Assembly: GCA_030583745.1 (NCBI GenBank)
Contig: CP129473.1
Location: 508,783 to 550,210 of the forward strand
Length of the DNA: 41,428 nt
DNA from: Minisyncoccota bacterium
Lineage (GTDB): Bacteria; Patescibacteriota; Minisyncoccia; Phycocordibacterales; BOKC01
Direction of reading: 5' to 3'
The translations under genes and the position numbers were made by a program. Shown here piece after piece: positions 5,643 to 14,174 of this stretch (positions are counted from its first letter, which is position 1; the number at the start of each line of letters is the position of its first letter). Below the pieces are notes generated by a model that worked only from the letters and a program-made list of their open reading frames with translations, was not told the origin of the DNA and searched no databases.

Positions 5643-6347
5643 TTATATCTTCAAAATAAATTTTTCTAGACTAGAGAGAAAATCTATTTTGCCTAAATGG
5701 GCTTCGTGATAAAGCGAATTCAAACCAGAAGAAAGTTTTTTCAAATCTTCGGCTGAAAAATTCTTTGAAAATTCCTTGGCTTTTTTATAAGGAAACGATT
5801 TTAACCCGCTCTCGGCTTCATTTTTTGAATCCAAGACAATCAAAATATTTTTTACCTGCCAAAAAAGCACTCCCAGAATTTCTTCCGGAGTAAAGCCGGC
5901 TGTTTGGGCTTTTAGAAAAAGAATCCAGAATTTTTTTCGATCTCTTCGACCAAAAGCGTCTGAAAGACTATAGAGATTAAAAGGTCTAATCTCCGGTAAA
6001 TCCATCTTCTCTATTTTTGCTTTCCCTTTCAAAACTTCAGTTAGTTTTTTTTCTTCTTCCGTCTCCAATAAAACAAACACATTAGGAGACTCTGAAAAAC
6101 CTAAGACGCTCTCTAAAAACAAATCTCTAAATTCAGATACGGAAAAAATTTGGTCAAAGACTGCGATAATTTGTTTTTCAAAAAGACCCTGCCCTTTAAT
6201 CAAGTTTTCAATTTCAGACCGAGAAAAATTATCCTGAACAAAACGTAAAACAGAATTACTACCCGTCTTTTCTTGAAATTCTCGGATCAAATCAGCCAAA
6301 CGCCTGTTTTTCTTTACGTAGTCATTACCAAAAAGCGCGATTATCAT
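5643..6347 (-). CDS. Hypothetical protein; possibly a short DNA polymerase III delta subunit (HolA-like)
   Basis: It is translationally coupled (ATGA overlap) to the upstream polA. The N-terminal LFGNDxxxxxxxL pattern and helical composition resemble HolA. The call is weak. Confidence 0.35.
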   Translation of the reverse strand: MIIALFGNDYVKKNRRLADLIREFQEKTGSNSVLRFVQDNFSRSEIENLIKGQGLFEKQIIAVFDQIFSVSEFRDLFLESVLGFSESPNVFVLLETEEEKKLTEVLKGKAKIEKMDLPEIRPFNLYSLSDAFGRRDRKKFWILFLKAQTAGFTPEEILGVLFWQVKNILIVLDSKNEAESGLKSFPYKKAKEFSKNFSAEDLKKLSSGLNSLYHEAHLGKIDFLSSLEKFILKI

Positions 6348-8752
6348 ATTTTACTTTTGAGAGGTTTAAGTTCTAACCAATTTTTGCCGACTTCTGCGCT
6401 TGCCAAAAGCGGCACCCCGTTTATTTCTTTCGGATCCAAAACTCTTTCCATAATTTCTTTAATTTTTGGTACTAATTCTTCCAATAAATCGTTATGAATT
6501 TCGTAAACCAACTCATCGTGAATCTGCAAAACCAAACGAACTTTATCTTGCAATTCATTTTCCTGAACATATCTATCAACCCCAATCATCGCCAACTTTA
6601 TTATATCGGCTGCAGTCCCTTGGAGAGGTGCGTTAACTGCCATTCTTTCCGCCGCTGAACGAATATAATCTATACCGGACCTAAGCGCCGGAAAGTATCG
6701 ACGACGTCCAAAAAAAGTCTCTGTGAAGCCATTTTTTCTGGCTTTTTCTTTTACATCTTCCAAATAAGTGGCTAGGGTTGCAAACTTTTTAAAATAATCA
6801 TCAAGAAATCTTTGAGCTTCCTCCCTACTTGATCCCAAACTAAGACGCAAGGCGTTTACCCCCATACCATAAATAATTCCAAAATTTATAACCTTGGCTT
6901 TACGCCTCATTTCATAATTAACTTTTTCAATTGGTACTCCAAAAACCTCTGAGGCTACGGCGCTGTGGATGTCGCCATTTTCGTGAAAAACATTAATTAA
7001 TTTTTTTTCGCCCGAAAGAAAAGCTGCAACTCTAAGCTCAATTTGCGAGTAGTCAAAAGCCGAAAGCTCAAAACCTTCCTCGGCGACAAAAGCTTTTCGT
7101 ATCCTTTTACCCAGTTCAGTCTTTATTGGGATGTTCTGCAAATTCGGAGAGTTTGATGACATTCGCCCAGTTGTTGTCCCGGTTTGAGAAAATTTGGCAT
7201 GCAGTCGACCGTCGGCAGACAGCATTTCTGGGATGTTGTCTATATAGGTTGAGAGAAGTTTCTGAAATTCTCGATACTCCAAAATCAGGGGTATTACCGG
7301 ATGCAAGTCTTTCATTTTCTCTAATTCTGATTCGCGTGTTGATTTGGCGCCAGTTGAAGTCTTTTTCTGGTTTTTCGGCTTAAGCTTTAGGTTTTCAAAA
7401 AGAATAACCCCCAACTGTTTCGGAGAGTTGATATTAAATTCCAAACCGGACAATTGCCAGATTTTCTTCTCTAATTTCGAAAGCTCTGTGTGATATTCAC
7501 CGGAAAGCTCTTTCAGAAAGGAGGTGTCAATTTTTATTCCCCGATCTTCCATCCTCTCAACAACTGAAATGAGAGGAGTTTCAATTTCTTCAAATAATTT
7601 TTTTAAATTTCTTTTTTCTAACTCGACAAAAACTTTTTCTTTTGCCTTCTCAAAAGAATCGGTTGATGCAAATCTCAAGACATCTTCGGTTGTTGGATTT
7701 GTAATGTTAGAATCCAACAACCAAAGAGCCACGAGTGTTTCTTTTAAATCTTTTTCTGGAATCCTATAATTTTTGGAATGGTCAATAAGTTCCAAACGAG
7801 GGTCTTCTTTTTTTTCTGAAAAATCATTTTTAACTCTGTCAGCCAAAGCCCTGAATTCTAAATCTTCAAAAATCTTCAAAATTTTTGATTTGTCCAAAAT
7901 TTTCACCCACTCTTTTTCTGGTAATTTAAAATCTATCGGCACCTCTCTGTTTATAAGCGCCAAAGTTTTAGAAAATATGGCTTCTTCTTCGTTGTTTAGC
8001 AAAATCTCTATAATTCTCTTTGAAACTCCAACCTTCTCAAATCTCTCCGGCGCTCTTTTCAATTCTTTGTACATATCCTCAATAGTCCTGAATTCTTTTA
8101 TTAAAATACTAGCGGTTTTTTCCCCAATACCCGGCACCCCAATAATATTGTCAGATGGGTCACCCCTCAAACCCTTATAGTCAGGTAGGAGTTCTGGACC
8201 AAAACCAAACCTCTCTCTCACGCCGTTTTCATCATAAACTACTGTATCTTTTATTCCCTTTTTTAAGGTATATACTCTGACTTTATCACCAGAAACCAAC
8301 TGCAAAGTGTCCATGTCGCCAGAAGCGATTATGATTTCAAGGTCTTTCTGTTTCTTTAGTTTTTCTACTATTGTTCCCAAAAGATCGTCAGCTTCGTATC
8401 CAGGCATCTCATAAGTTGGGATACTGAAACTTTTAAAAACTTCTTTTGATTTTTCAATTTGCCAGATTAAATCTTCCTTGGTCTTGGCTCTTTTGGCCTT
8501 GTATCCCTCATAAGCTTCGTGGCGGTAGGTCGGCTTGCCGACATCAAAACAAGCAACTATGTAGTCCGGCTTAAATTCAGAAATAATTTTAAGAAGCATA
8601 AGGGATAGACCGTAGAGAGCGCCGGTCGGCTCACCTTTATTGGAAGAAAAGTCTGGTAGAGCATGATAAGCTCGATGAAGAATAGCTTGTGCGTCCAAAA
8701 GGACCAGCCGTTTTTTATCTTTGTCTTTAGTTTTAGTCATTTTTAAGTTCAA
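6344..8752 (-). CDS. polA: DNA polymerase I
   Basis: It has an N-terminal 5'-3' exonuclease/FEN domain. Polymerase motifs DYSQIELR, RRKAKVINFGIIYG and QIHDELV are present. Confidence 0.95.
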   Translation of the reverse strand: MNLKMTKTKDKDKKRLVLLDAQAILHRAYHALPDFSSNKGEPTGALYGLSLMLLKIISEFKPDYIVACFDVGKPTYRHEAYEGYKAKRAKTKEDLIWQIEKSKEVFKSFSIPTYEMPGYEADDLLGTIVEKLKKQKDLEIIIASGDMDTLQLVSGDKVRVYTLKKGIKDTVVYDENGVRERFGFGPELLPDYKGLRGDPSDNIIGVPGIGEKTASILIKEFRTIEDMYKELKRAPERFEKVGVSKRIIEILLNNEEEAIFSKTLALINREVPIDFKLPEKEWVKILDKSKILKIFEDLEFRALADRVKNDFSEKKEDPRLELIDHSKNYRIPEKDLKETLVALWLLDSNITNPTTEDVLRFASTDSFEKAKEKVFVELEKRNLKKLFEEIETPLISVVERMEDRGIKIDTSFLKELSGEYHTELSKLEKKIWQLSGLEFNINSPKQLGVILFENLKLKPKNQKKTSTGAKSTRESELEKMKDLHPVIPLILEYREFQKLLSTYIDNIPEMLSADGRLHAKFSQTGTTTGRMSSNSPNLQNIPIKTELGKRIRKAFVAEEGFELSAFDYSQIELRVAAFLSGEKKLINVFHENGDIHSAVASEVFGVPIEKVNYEMRRKAKVINFGIIYGMGVNALRLSLGSSREEAQRFLDDYFKKFATLATYLEDVKEKARKNGFTETFFGRRRYFPALRSGIDYIRSAAERMAVNAPLQGTAADIIKLAMIGVDRYVQENELQDKVRLVLQIHDELVYEIHNDLLEELVPKIKEIMERVLDPKEINGVPLLASAEVGKNWLELKPLKSKI

Positions 8753-8786
8753 AGATCAAAGTCCCAAATTCAATTTTTGAGTTTGA

Positions 8787-9248
8787 TTAGAACCCAAGGT
8801 TTAGGTTTTTAATTGACTTGATTTCTCTCTCCGACTCGTTTACAACTCTTAATCTAATGATAACAGCTCCTTTAGGAATCACACTAATCACATTTTCCGG
8901 CCACTCAATAAAAACTAAGTTGTCTTGTTCGGAAACAATATCCTGCCAACCAAGACTCAAAAGCTCGCTTCCAGACTTAAGTCTGTAAGCGTCAATGTGT
9001 ATAAGGTTCTTGAAAGACGGGGTGTTGATTTTATAACGTTTCAAAATTACAAAGGTGGGGCTAGTGATATGCTCTTTGATTCCGAGCGCTTTTGCCAAAG
9101 ACTTTACAAGGGTGGTTTTACCGGCTCCAAGCTCACCGGAAAGACATATGATCACGGCTTGTTTACTCTGTTGTTTTGAATAAAGTAGCTTGACCAAATT
9201 TTTTGCAAAATCGTCAGTCTCTTTTAAGCTTTTTGAAATAAACTTCAT
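8787..9248 (-). CDS. tsaE: tRNA t6A biosynthesis ATPase TsaE
   Basis: It has the P-loop GELGAGKTTLVKSLAKALGI, a SPTF motif and typical size. Confidence 0.9.
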   Translation of the reverse strand: MKFISKSLKETDDFAKNLVKLLYSKQQSKQAVIICLSGELGAGKTTLVKSLAKALGIKEHITSPTFVILKRYKINTPSFKNLIHIDAYRLKSGSELLSLGWQDIVSEQDNLVFIEWPENVISVIPKGAVIIRLRVVNESEREIKSIKNLNLGF

Positions 9249-9277
9249 AAAACAATTTTAACAGACAAAACGACCAT

Positions 9278-10993
9278 TTGTTCAAACACGCTAAAGGGGT
9301 TAAAATGTACTTGATTATGGCCAAATTTCAAGAAGAAAAACAGAACCTGAAAATCGAGGAATTAAGAAAGTCCGAAGCAGAAGAATTGGCCCAAACTCTT
9401 TCTTCAAAGTACGGTCTTTCGTATATTGATTTAACAATAAGTCCAATAAATATAGAAGCCCTGAAAATTTTAAGTGAAAAAGACGCTAGAGCGTTCGGGC
9501 TTGCTGTTTTTGATGTCATAAATAAACGCCTGAAAATCGGCATCTTAGCACCCAACAATCTAAAAAGTCGAGAAATGATAGAATCTCTAAAAAGAAAAGG
9601 TTACCAGATAGAGTTGTACATGGTCTCTCAAGAGGGTCTAAACAGGGCGTGGGAAAGATACGCTGATCTTCATACATCAGTAAAAACAAGAAGTGGCGCT
9701 CTCGATATTTCCAACGAAGGTCTTTTAAGTTTGATAAAAAACGCCAACAGTCTTGACTCAATAAAACAGCTTGTAGAAAAAAATCTGGTTTCAAAAGAGA
9801 TTAACCGGACCTCAAAAATTCTTGAAGTGATATTAGCCGGCGCTTTGTCTATAAAAGCTTCAGATATTCACTTGGAGCCGGAAGAAAATTATGTTCGCCT
9901 GCGCTTTCGATTAGACGGAGTCTTAACCGACATCTTGAATTTTGATAACGCAACATACAAACTTTTATTGTCTAGAATAAAACTTCTTTCGGGGCTGAAG
10001 CTAAACATAACAAGCCAAGCTCAGGATGGGCGATTTAGTATTATTTTAAAAGACGAAGAAATAGAAATAAGAACCTCAATTTTACCCGGAGCTTATGCCG
10101 AAACAATAGTTTTGAGAATCCTGAATCCAAAAGCGATATCCGTGTCTTTAGAAAATCTAGGCATGCATCCACGTCTGTTGAAAGTCTTACTTTACGAAAT
10201 AAGTAAGCCAAACGGTATGATTTTAACCACTGGTCCAACTGGCTCTGGAAAGACAACAACCCTTTACGCCTTCCTAAAAAAAATCCACCAGCCGGGAATT
10301 AAAATAATTACAATTGAAAATCCGATTGAATACCACCTACCGGGAATTGTCCAAACACAAACCGACAACAAAGAGGGTTACACCTTCCTCTCTGGTTTAA
10401 GAAGTGCTCTGCGACAAGACCCAGATGTCATAATGGTTGGCGAAATTCGAGATTCTGAAACAGCTTCGGTCGCCATCAACGCCGCTCTTACTGGACACTT
10501 GGTTTTTTCAACACTCCACACCAACAATGCCGCCGGCACCTTCCCTCGCCTCATAGACCTGAAGATAAATCCGAAGGTTATAACTTCGGCAATCAATGTA
10601 GCTATGGCTCAACGCCTTGTAAGACGGCTTTGTCCTAAGTGCCGAAAAGTTAAAAAATTGTCAGGGCAAGAGAGAAGTTCGGTTTTAAAAATTTTGGAGT
10701 CTATAAAAGAAAAAAGCTACCTTGAAAATCTACAAACAGAAAATGTTTGGGAAACCCAGGGTTGCAAAGAATGCAACTTTACCGGTTTTGCCGGAAGAGT
10801 TGGGGTTTATGAAGCTATAAGAACCGATGAAAAAGTTGAGGGAGTAATACAAAATAATCCGAGCGAGCGAGAAATAAAAAAAGCGGCAGAAAATCAGGGG
10901 CTTTTAACCATGGCGCAAGACGGAATAATTAAGGTTTTTCAAGGAGTTACGTCTATAGCTGAACTTGAAAGAGTGGTTGAACTGCTAGAATAA
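9278..10993 (+). CDS. pilB: GspE/PilB-family secretion/type IV pilus assembly ATPase (orphan; no pilC/pilM/pilT adjacent)
   Basis: Walker A is GPTGSGKTTT. Asp/His boxes and a tetracysteine CPKC...CKEC are present. The true start may be an internal Met (about 9305 or 9317). Confidence 0.9.
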   Translation: MFKHAKGVKMYLIMAKFQEEKQNLKIEELRKSEAEELAQTLSSKYGLSYIDLTISPINIEALKILSEKDARAFGLAVFDVINKRLKIGILAPNNLKSREMIESLKRKGYQIELYMVSQEGLNRAWERYADLHTSVKTRSGALDISNEGLLSLIKNANSLDSIKQLVEKNLVSKEINRTSKILEVILAGALSIKASDIHLEPEENYVRLRFRLDGVLTDILNFDNATYKLLLSRIKLLSGLKLNITSQAQDGRFSIILKDEEIEIRTSILPGAYAETIVLRILNPKAISVSLENLGMHPRLLKVLLYEISKPNGMILTTGPTGSGKTTTLYAFLKKIHQPGIKIITIENPIEYHLPGIVQTQTDNKEGYTFLSGLRSALRQDPDVIMVGEIRDSETASVAINAALTGHLVFSTLHTNNAAGTFPRLIDLKINPKVITSAINVAMAQRLVRRLCPKCRKVKKLSGQERSSVLKILESIKEKSYLENLQTENVWETQGCKECNFTGFAGRVGVYEAIRTDEKVEGVIQNNPSEREIKKAAENQGLLTMAQDGIIKVFQGVTSIAELERVVELLE

Positions 10994-11051
10994 AAAGGTG
11001 TGAATTGCGATATTGATTTCTGATTTATTACGTGAAATGATCAAGTAATAA

Positions 11052-11191
11052 AAAACACAAACCTCTAAGCAACACTTTTAAGTGGAACAAAAAAGCATGG
11101 TTGATAGCTAGGGATAATTTCAGCCAAGACCAAAAGGTCCCCGCTAAAAACCAAAAGGCCCGGAGGCCCGTTGCTTAGAGGTTTGTGTTTT
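11052..11191. repeat. Perfect 22-bp inverted repeat enclosing 96 nt (MITE-like element or structured RNA)
   Basis: aaaacacaaacctctaagcaac (11052-11073) is the exact reverse complement of 11170-11191. The interior contains the ccaaaagg(t/c)cc direct repeat and the hairpin ggcc-cgga-ggcc. T-runs follow the helix on both strands. Confidence 0.6.
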
Positions 11192-11298
11192 CAATTTGCC
11201 AAATTTCTTAGGCACAACCATCCTAGCATAAAACATGGTTTATGTCAAATGTTTTAAACTTTCAAAAAATAGTAAAATGACAGAATAAAAAGACAAGT

Positions 11299-12297
11299 AT
11301 GGGAAAAAAAGAGGTAGAAGAAAAAAACGATTTTCAATATTTAGACCAAAAACTTCGACCGAGTAGGTGGGATGAATACATAGGCCAGAAAAATATAAAA
11401 GATAATTTGCATATTTTGCTCTCGGCAGCGAAAGAAAGAGAGCATCCACCGGAACATATTCTCTTTTATGGCCCGCCCGGGCTCGGTAAAACAACTTTAG
11501 CGCATTTAATTGCCAAAGAAATCAGTGCTCAGATAAAAATAACTTCCGGTCCAGCGATTGAAAGGGTCGGAGACTTGGCTTCAATTTTAACCAATCTCTC
11601 ACCGGGCGACATTCTATTTATTGACGAAGTCCATCGACTGAACAAAGTCATTGAAGAGGTTTTGTATCCGGCTATGGAGTCTGGCACCTTAGATATTGTC
11701 TTAGGTAAAGGACCTTCAGCCCGTACCGTGCAGTTAGAATTGCCACCCTTCACCTTAATTGCCGCTACCACCAGAGTAGCGCTTATTTCCTCTCCGCTTC
11801 GTAGTCGTTTTTCCGGCGGGATTTTCCGCTTGGAATACTACAACCAAGAAGAAATAGCCGAAATCGTCAGACGGTCAGCAAAAATTTTGGGAATTGAAAT
11901 TGATGACAAAGCGGTTTTGGAAATTGCCAAGCGCAGCCGCTTTACGCCTCGCACCGCCAATTATTTTCTTAAGAGATGTCGCGATTATGCCCAGATTAAA
12001 AAACGAGGGCTGGACGAGAAAACAGCAAAAGAGGCTTTAGAGCTTTTGGGAATTGATGAAATGGGGCTTGCATCATCTGACCGAAAAATTCTTGAGGTTA
12101 TCGCCGAAAATTTTAAAGGCGGACCGGTCGGGCTTAACACCCTTTCAGCTTCCATTTCCGAAGAGATGGCAACGATCGAGGAATACAACGAACCGTATTT
12201 AATCCAGATCGGCTTTTTGGAACGCACCCCTCGCGGTCGCTCATTAACCGATCTTGGCTTTAAACATTTAGGTCGCAAAAAAGAGGGGTTGTTTTAA
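11299..12297 (+). CDS. ruvB: Holliday junction branch migration helicase RuvB
   Basis: Walker A is GPPGLGKTTLA and Walker B is LFIDEVHRL. The rest shows RuvB-typical AAA+ and winged-helix segments. Confidence 0.95.
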   Translation: MGKKEVEEKNDFQYLDQKLRPSRWDEYIGQKNIKDNLHILLSAAKEREHPPEHILFYGPPGLGKTTLAHLIAKEISAQIKITSGPAIERVGDLASILTNLSPGDILFIDEVHRLNKVIEEVLYPAMESGTLDIVLGKGPSARTVQLELPPFTLIAATTRVALISSPLRSRFSGGIFRLEYYNQEEIAEIVRRSAKILGIEIDDKAVLEIAKRSRFTPRTANYFLKRCRDYAQIKKRGLDEKTAKEALELLGIDEMGLASSDRKILEVIAENFKGGPVGLNTLSASISEEMATIEEYNEPYLIQIGFLERTPRGRSLTDLGFKHLGRKKEGLF

Positions 12298-12451
12298 AAA
12301 AATATAAAGGTTCCTCGAGTCAAGCCCCAAGGGTAATGTACAAACAACTTTTGGCACCTTTAATAAATACACACAGGTAGTTTTAAGTAGTTTTAATGTA
12401 CCCAAAAACAATAACATACCCATTAATAACATGTCCATTTCAGTTCAGGCA

Positions 12452-12493
12452 TTTTCAAACAATCTATGACGGCCGTCATAGATTGTTTGAAAA
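12452..12493. terminator. 42-nt perfect palindrome with a GACGGCCGTC core (REP-like / bidirectional terminator)
   Basis: The sequence is ttttcaaacaatctatgacgg|ccgtcatagattgtttgaaaa. Confidence 0.6.
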
Positions 12494-12574
12494 TTTAATT
12501 CTTGATGTTAAAATTAATAAAGCAAGAAATAAAAGAGAAGAAAGTATAAAAAATAATTAAGACAAATAAAAAAT

Positions 12575-13069
12575 ATGATTTACAGGGGAACAATAACTGA
12601 AATGCTCCTTAAAGCCCTTCTTTACAAGACCCACTCTTTCAGAGAGGTTGAAGAAATGGTTAAAAAATATAAACCTAACAAAGAGGTTTCCCGAATTTCA
12701 ATTTTAAACACTCTTTATAGGTTGAAAAAGAGGGGTTTGGTCACCAAAACGGCTTCCGGCTGGTCGGCAAACAAGACCACTAAATCGGCACTTGCTAATA
12801 GAAGTAATTTTAATAAAAATTATTTTTCTAAAAACAAAAAAGATGGACAGATAAAAGAAATGATTGTTATGTATGATATTCCAGAAAATCTAAGAGCAAA
12901 ACGGGAGCGCTTACGAGAAGGATTAAAAGCTTTAGAGTTTAAACAAAAACAGCAAAGTGTTTGGATTGGACCAGCCCCATTACCAAAAGAGTTTATTAAA
13001 TATCTTGCTGAATTGAAAATAATAAAATTTATCAATTTTTTTCAAGTCAAAGAAAAGGATATTGTTTAA
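12575..13069 (+). CDS. Winged-helix protein with a C-terminal PaaX_C/Cas2-like ferredoxin-fold segment
   Basis: The N-terminal ILNTLYRLKKRGLV is wHTH-like. The C-terminal IVMYDIPENLRAKRERLREGLKALEFKQKQQSVWIGP follows the beta-alpha-beta pattern of Cas2 and the PaaX C-domain. Confidence 0.5.
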   Translation: MIYRGTITEMLLKALLYKTHSFREVEEMVKKYKPNKEVSRISILNTLYRLKKRGLVTKTASGWSANKTTKSALANRSNFNKNYFSKNKKDGQIKEMIVMYDIPENLRAKRERLREGLKALEFKQKQQSVWIGPAPLPKEFIKYLAELKIIKFINFFQVKEKDIV

Positions 13070-13106
13070 TCAAACATTTTAAGACGGCCGTCTTAAAATG
13101 TTTGAT
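13067..13106. terminator. 40-nt perfect palindrome, a homologue of the 12452 element
   Basis: The sequence is aatcaaacattttaagacgg|ccgtcttaaaatgtttgatt. It shares tcaaaca..t.ta.gacggccgtc with the upstream copy and overlaps the stop codon. Confidence 0.6.
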
Positions 13107-13323
13107 TAGTAAAACAAAATTTTATTAATTAATATTATTAATTAATTCTCTGTTAACCAGTGATTTAAATTCTGTTAACTGGTATCAAAATACTATGAAT
13201 TGGAATTCAAATTGTAAACTAGTATCTAAAAGAAGTCTGTTAAAACCATAGAAATACGAAAATAAGAAGCGAGAGATAAATATGTTACTATCTATAAAAT
13301 TGAAGTTTAAAATTTATTAAAAT

Positions 13324-13875
13324 ATGGCAGGTCACAACAAATGGTCAAAAGTTAAGAGAAAGAAAGCGGTTTCGGATGCTGAAAAAAGTAAGGTCTTCAG
13401 TAAAATCGTCAAGTTAATCAGCAGTGAGGCAAGAAAATCCGGCGGAGTTGAATCAGCCGGACTTAAAACGGCAATTGAAAAAGCCAAGGAAGCTAACGTA
13501 CCAAAAGATGTCATTGAACGGGCAGTTAAAAAAGCTAAAGAAAGTGCGCCACAAGAGTCAATTACCTACGAAGCATACGGGCCGGGCGGAGTAGCTTTGA
13601 TAATAGAAGCACTGACTGAAAACCGAAACAAAGCGGCGGCCGAGGTAAAACACATTCTTTCCAAGCACGGCTTTTCTTTGGCCTCGCCGGGAAGCGCCAC
13701 CTGGGCTTTTCAAAAAGACCCGGCATCCGGCAACCCTGACGCAATGATCGGGGCAGGTTGGCAAGCAACAACAATGATTAAGTTGTCAGAAGAAGATGGT
13801 GAAAAACTCGGGGCCTTGATTGACGATTTAGAAGAAAACGACGAAGTGCAAGAGGTTTTCATGAATGCCGAATAA
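13324..13875 (+). CDS. yebC: YebC/PmpR-family regulator, unusually short form
   Basis: The N-terminus MAGHNKWSKVKRKKA matches the family signature MAGHSKWANIKH. Confidence 0.85.
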   Translation: MAGHNKWSKVKRKKAVSDAEKSKVFSKIVKLISSEARKSGGVESAGLKTAIEKAKEANVPKDVIERAVKKAKESAPQESITYEAYGPGGVALIIEALTENRNKAAAEVKHILSKHGFSLASPGSATWAFQKDPASGNPDAMIGAGWQATTMIKLSEEDGEKLGALIDDLEENDEVQEVFMNAE

Positions 13876-13894
13876 AATTGAAAAATATTTTTAA

Positions 13895-14164
13895 TTGATG
13901 AAAAATTTATCGGACTTCCTTAAAAAATTCAGGGTTCTGGTGAAGGACGACAGTGAATTGAAAAAAATAATTTCTGAATCTTTCAAATCGGCTGCCGGAA
14001 TTGCCACAGAAACTGAAAGTTTTGAATTTAAAAACGGAATAATATCTTTGAAATCAGAAAAATTTAGCCCTTCACAAAAAAATGCTGTTTTTTTAAGAAA
14101 AAAAGAAATTCTTTTGGAAATAGAAAAAAGAAGCGGAAAAAATTTCAAAGACGTAAGGTTCTAA
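13895..14164 (+). CDS. Small DUF721/DciA-like protein (tentative)
   Basis: The C-terminal pattern (...ISLKSEKFSPSQKNAVFLRKKEILLEIEKRSGKNFKDVRF) resembles DUF721. This strand is preferred over the antisense ORF 13891..14148. Confidence 0.4.
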   Translation: MMKNLSDFLKKFRVLVKDDSELKKIISESFKSAAGIATETESFEFKNGIISLKSEKFSPSQKNAVFLRKKEILLEIEKRSGKNFKDVRF

Positions 14165-14174
14165 TCAACAAGAA

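Noticed and set aside
9278-10993. pilB as part of the T4SS-like locus
   Set aside because: It is a GspE/PilB (type II/IV pilus) family ATPase, not VirB11. It lies about 13 kb from the T4SS-like operon among housekeeping genes and is treated as a separate orphan pilus ATPase.
12575-13069. Evidence of a CRISPR-Cas system from the Cas2-like segment
   Set aside because: There is no cas1, effector genes or repeat array in the window. The same fold occurs in PaaX-type regulators, so this is treated as a regulator-like orphan.
13891-14148. 85-aa minus-strand ORF
   Set aside because: It is fully antisense to the 89-aa plus-strand ORF, which has a DUF721-like C-terminus and follows yebC in the same orientation. 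The minus ORF is Phe/Ser/Leu-rich, typical of an antisense reading of a Lys/Glu-rich gene.
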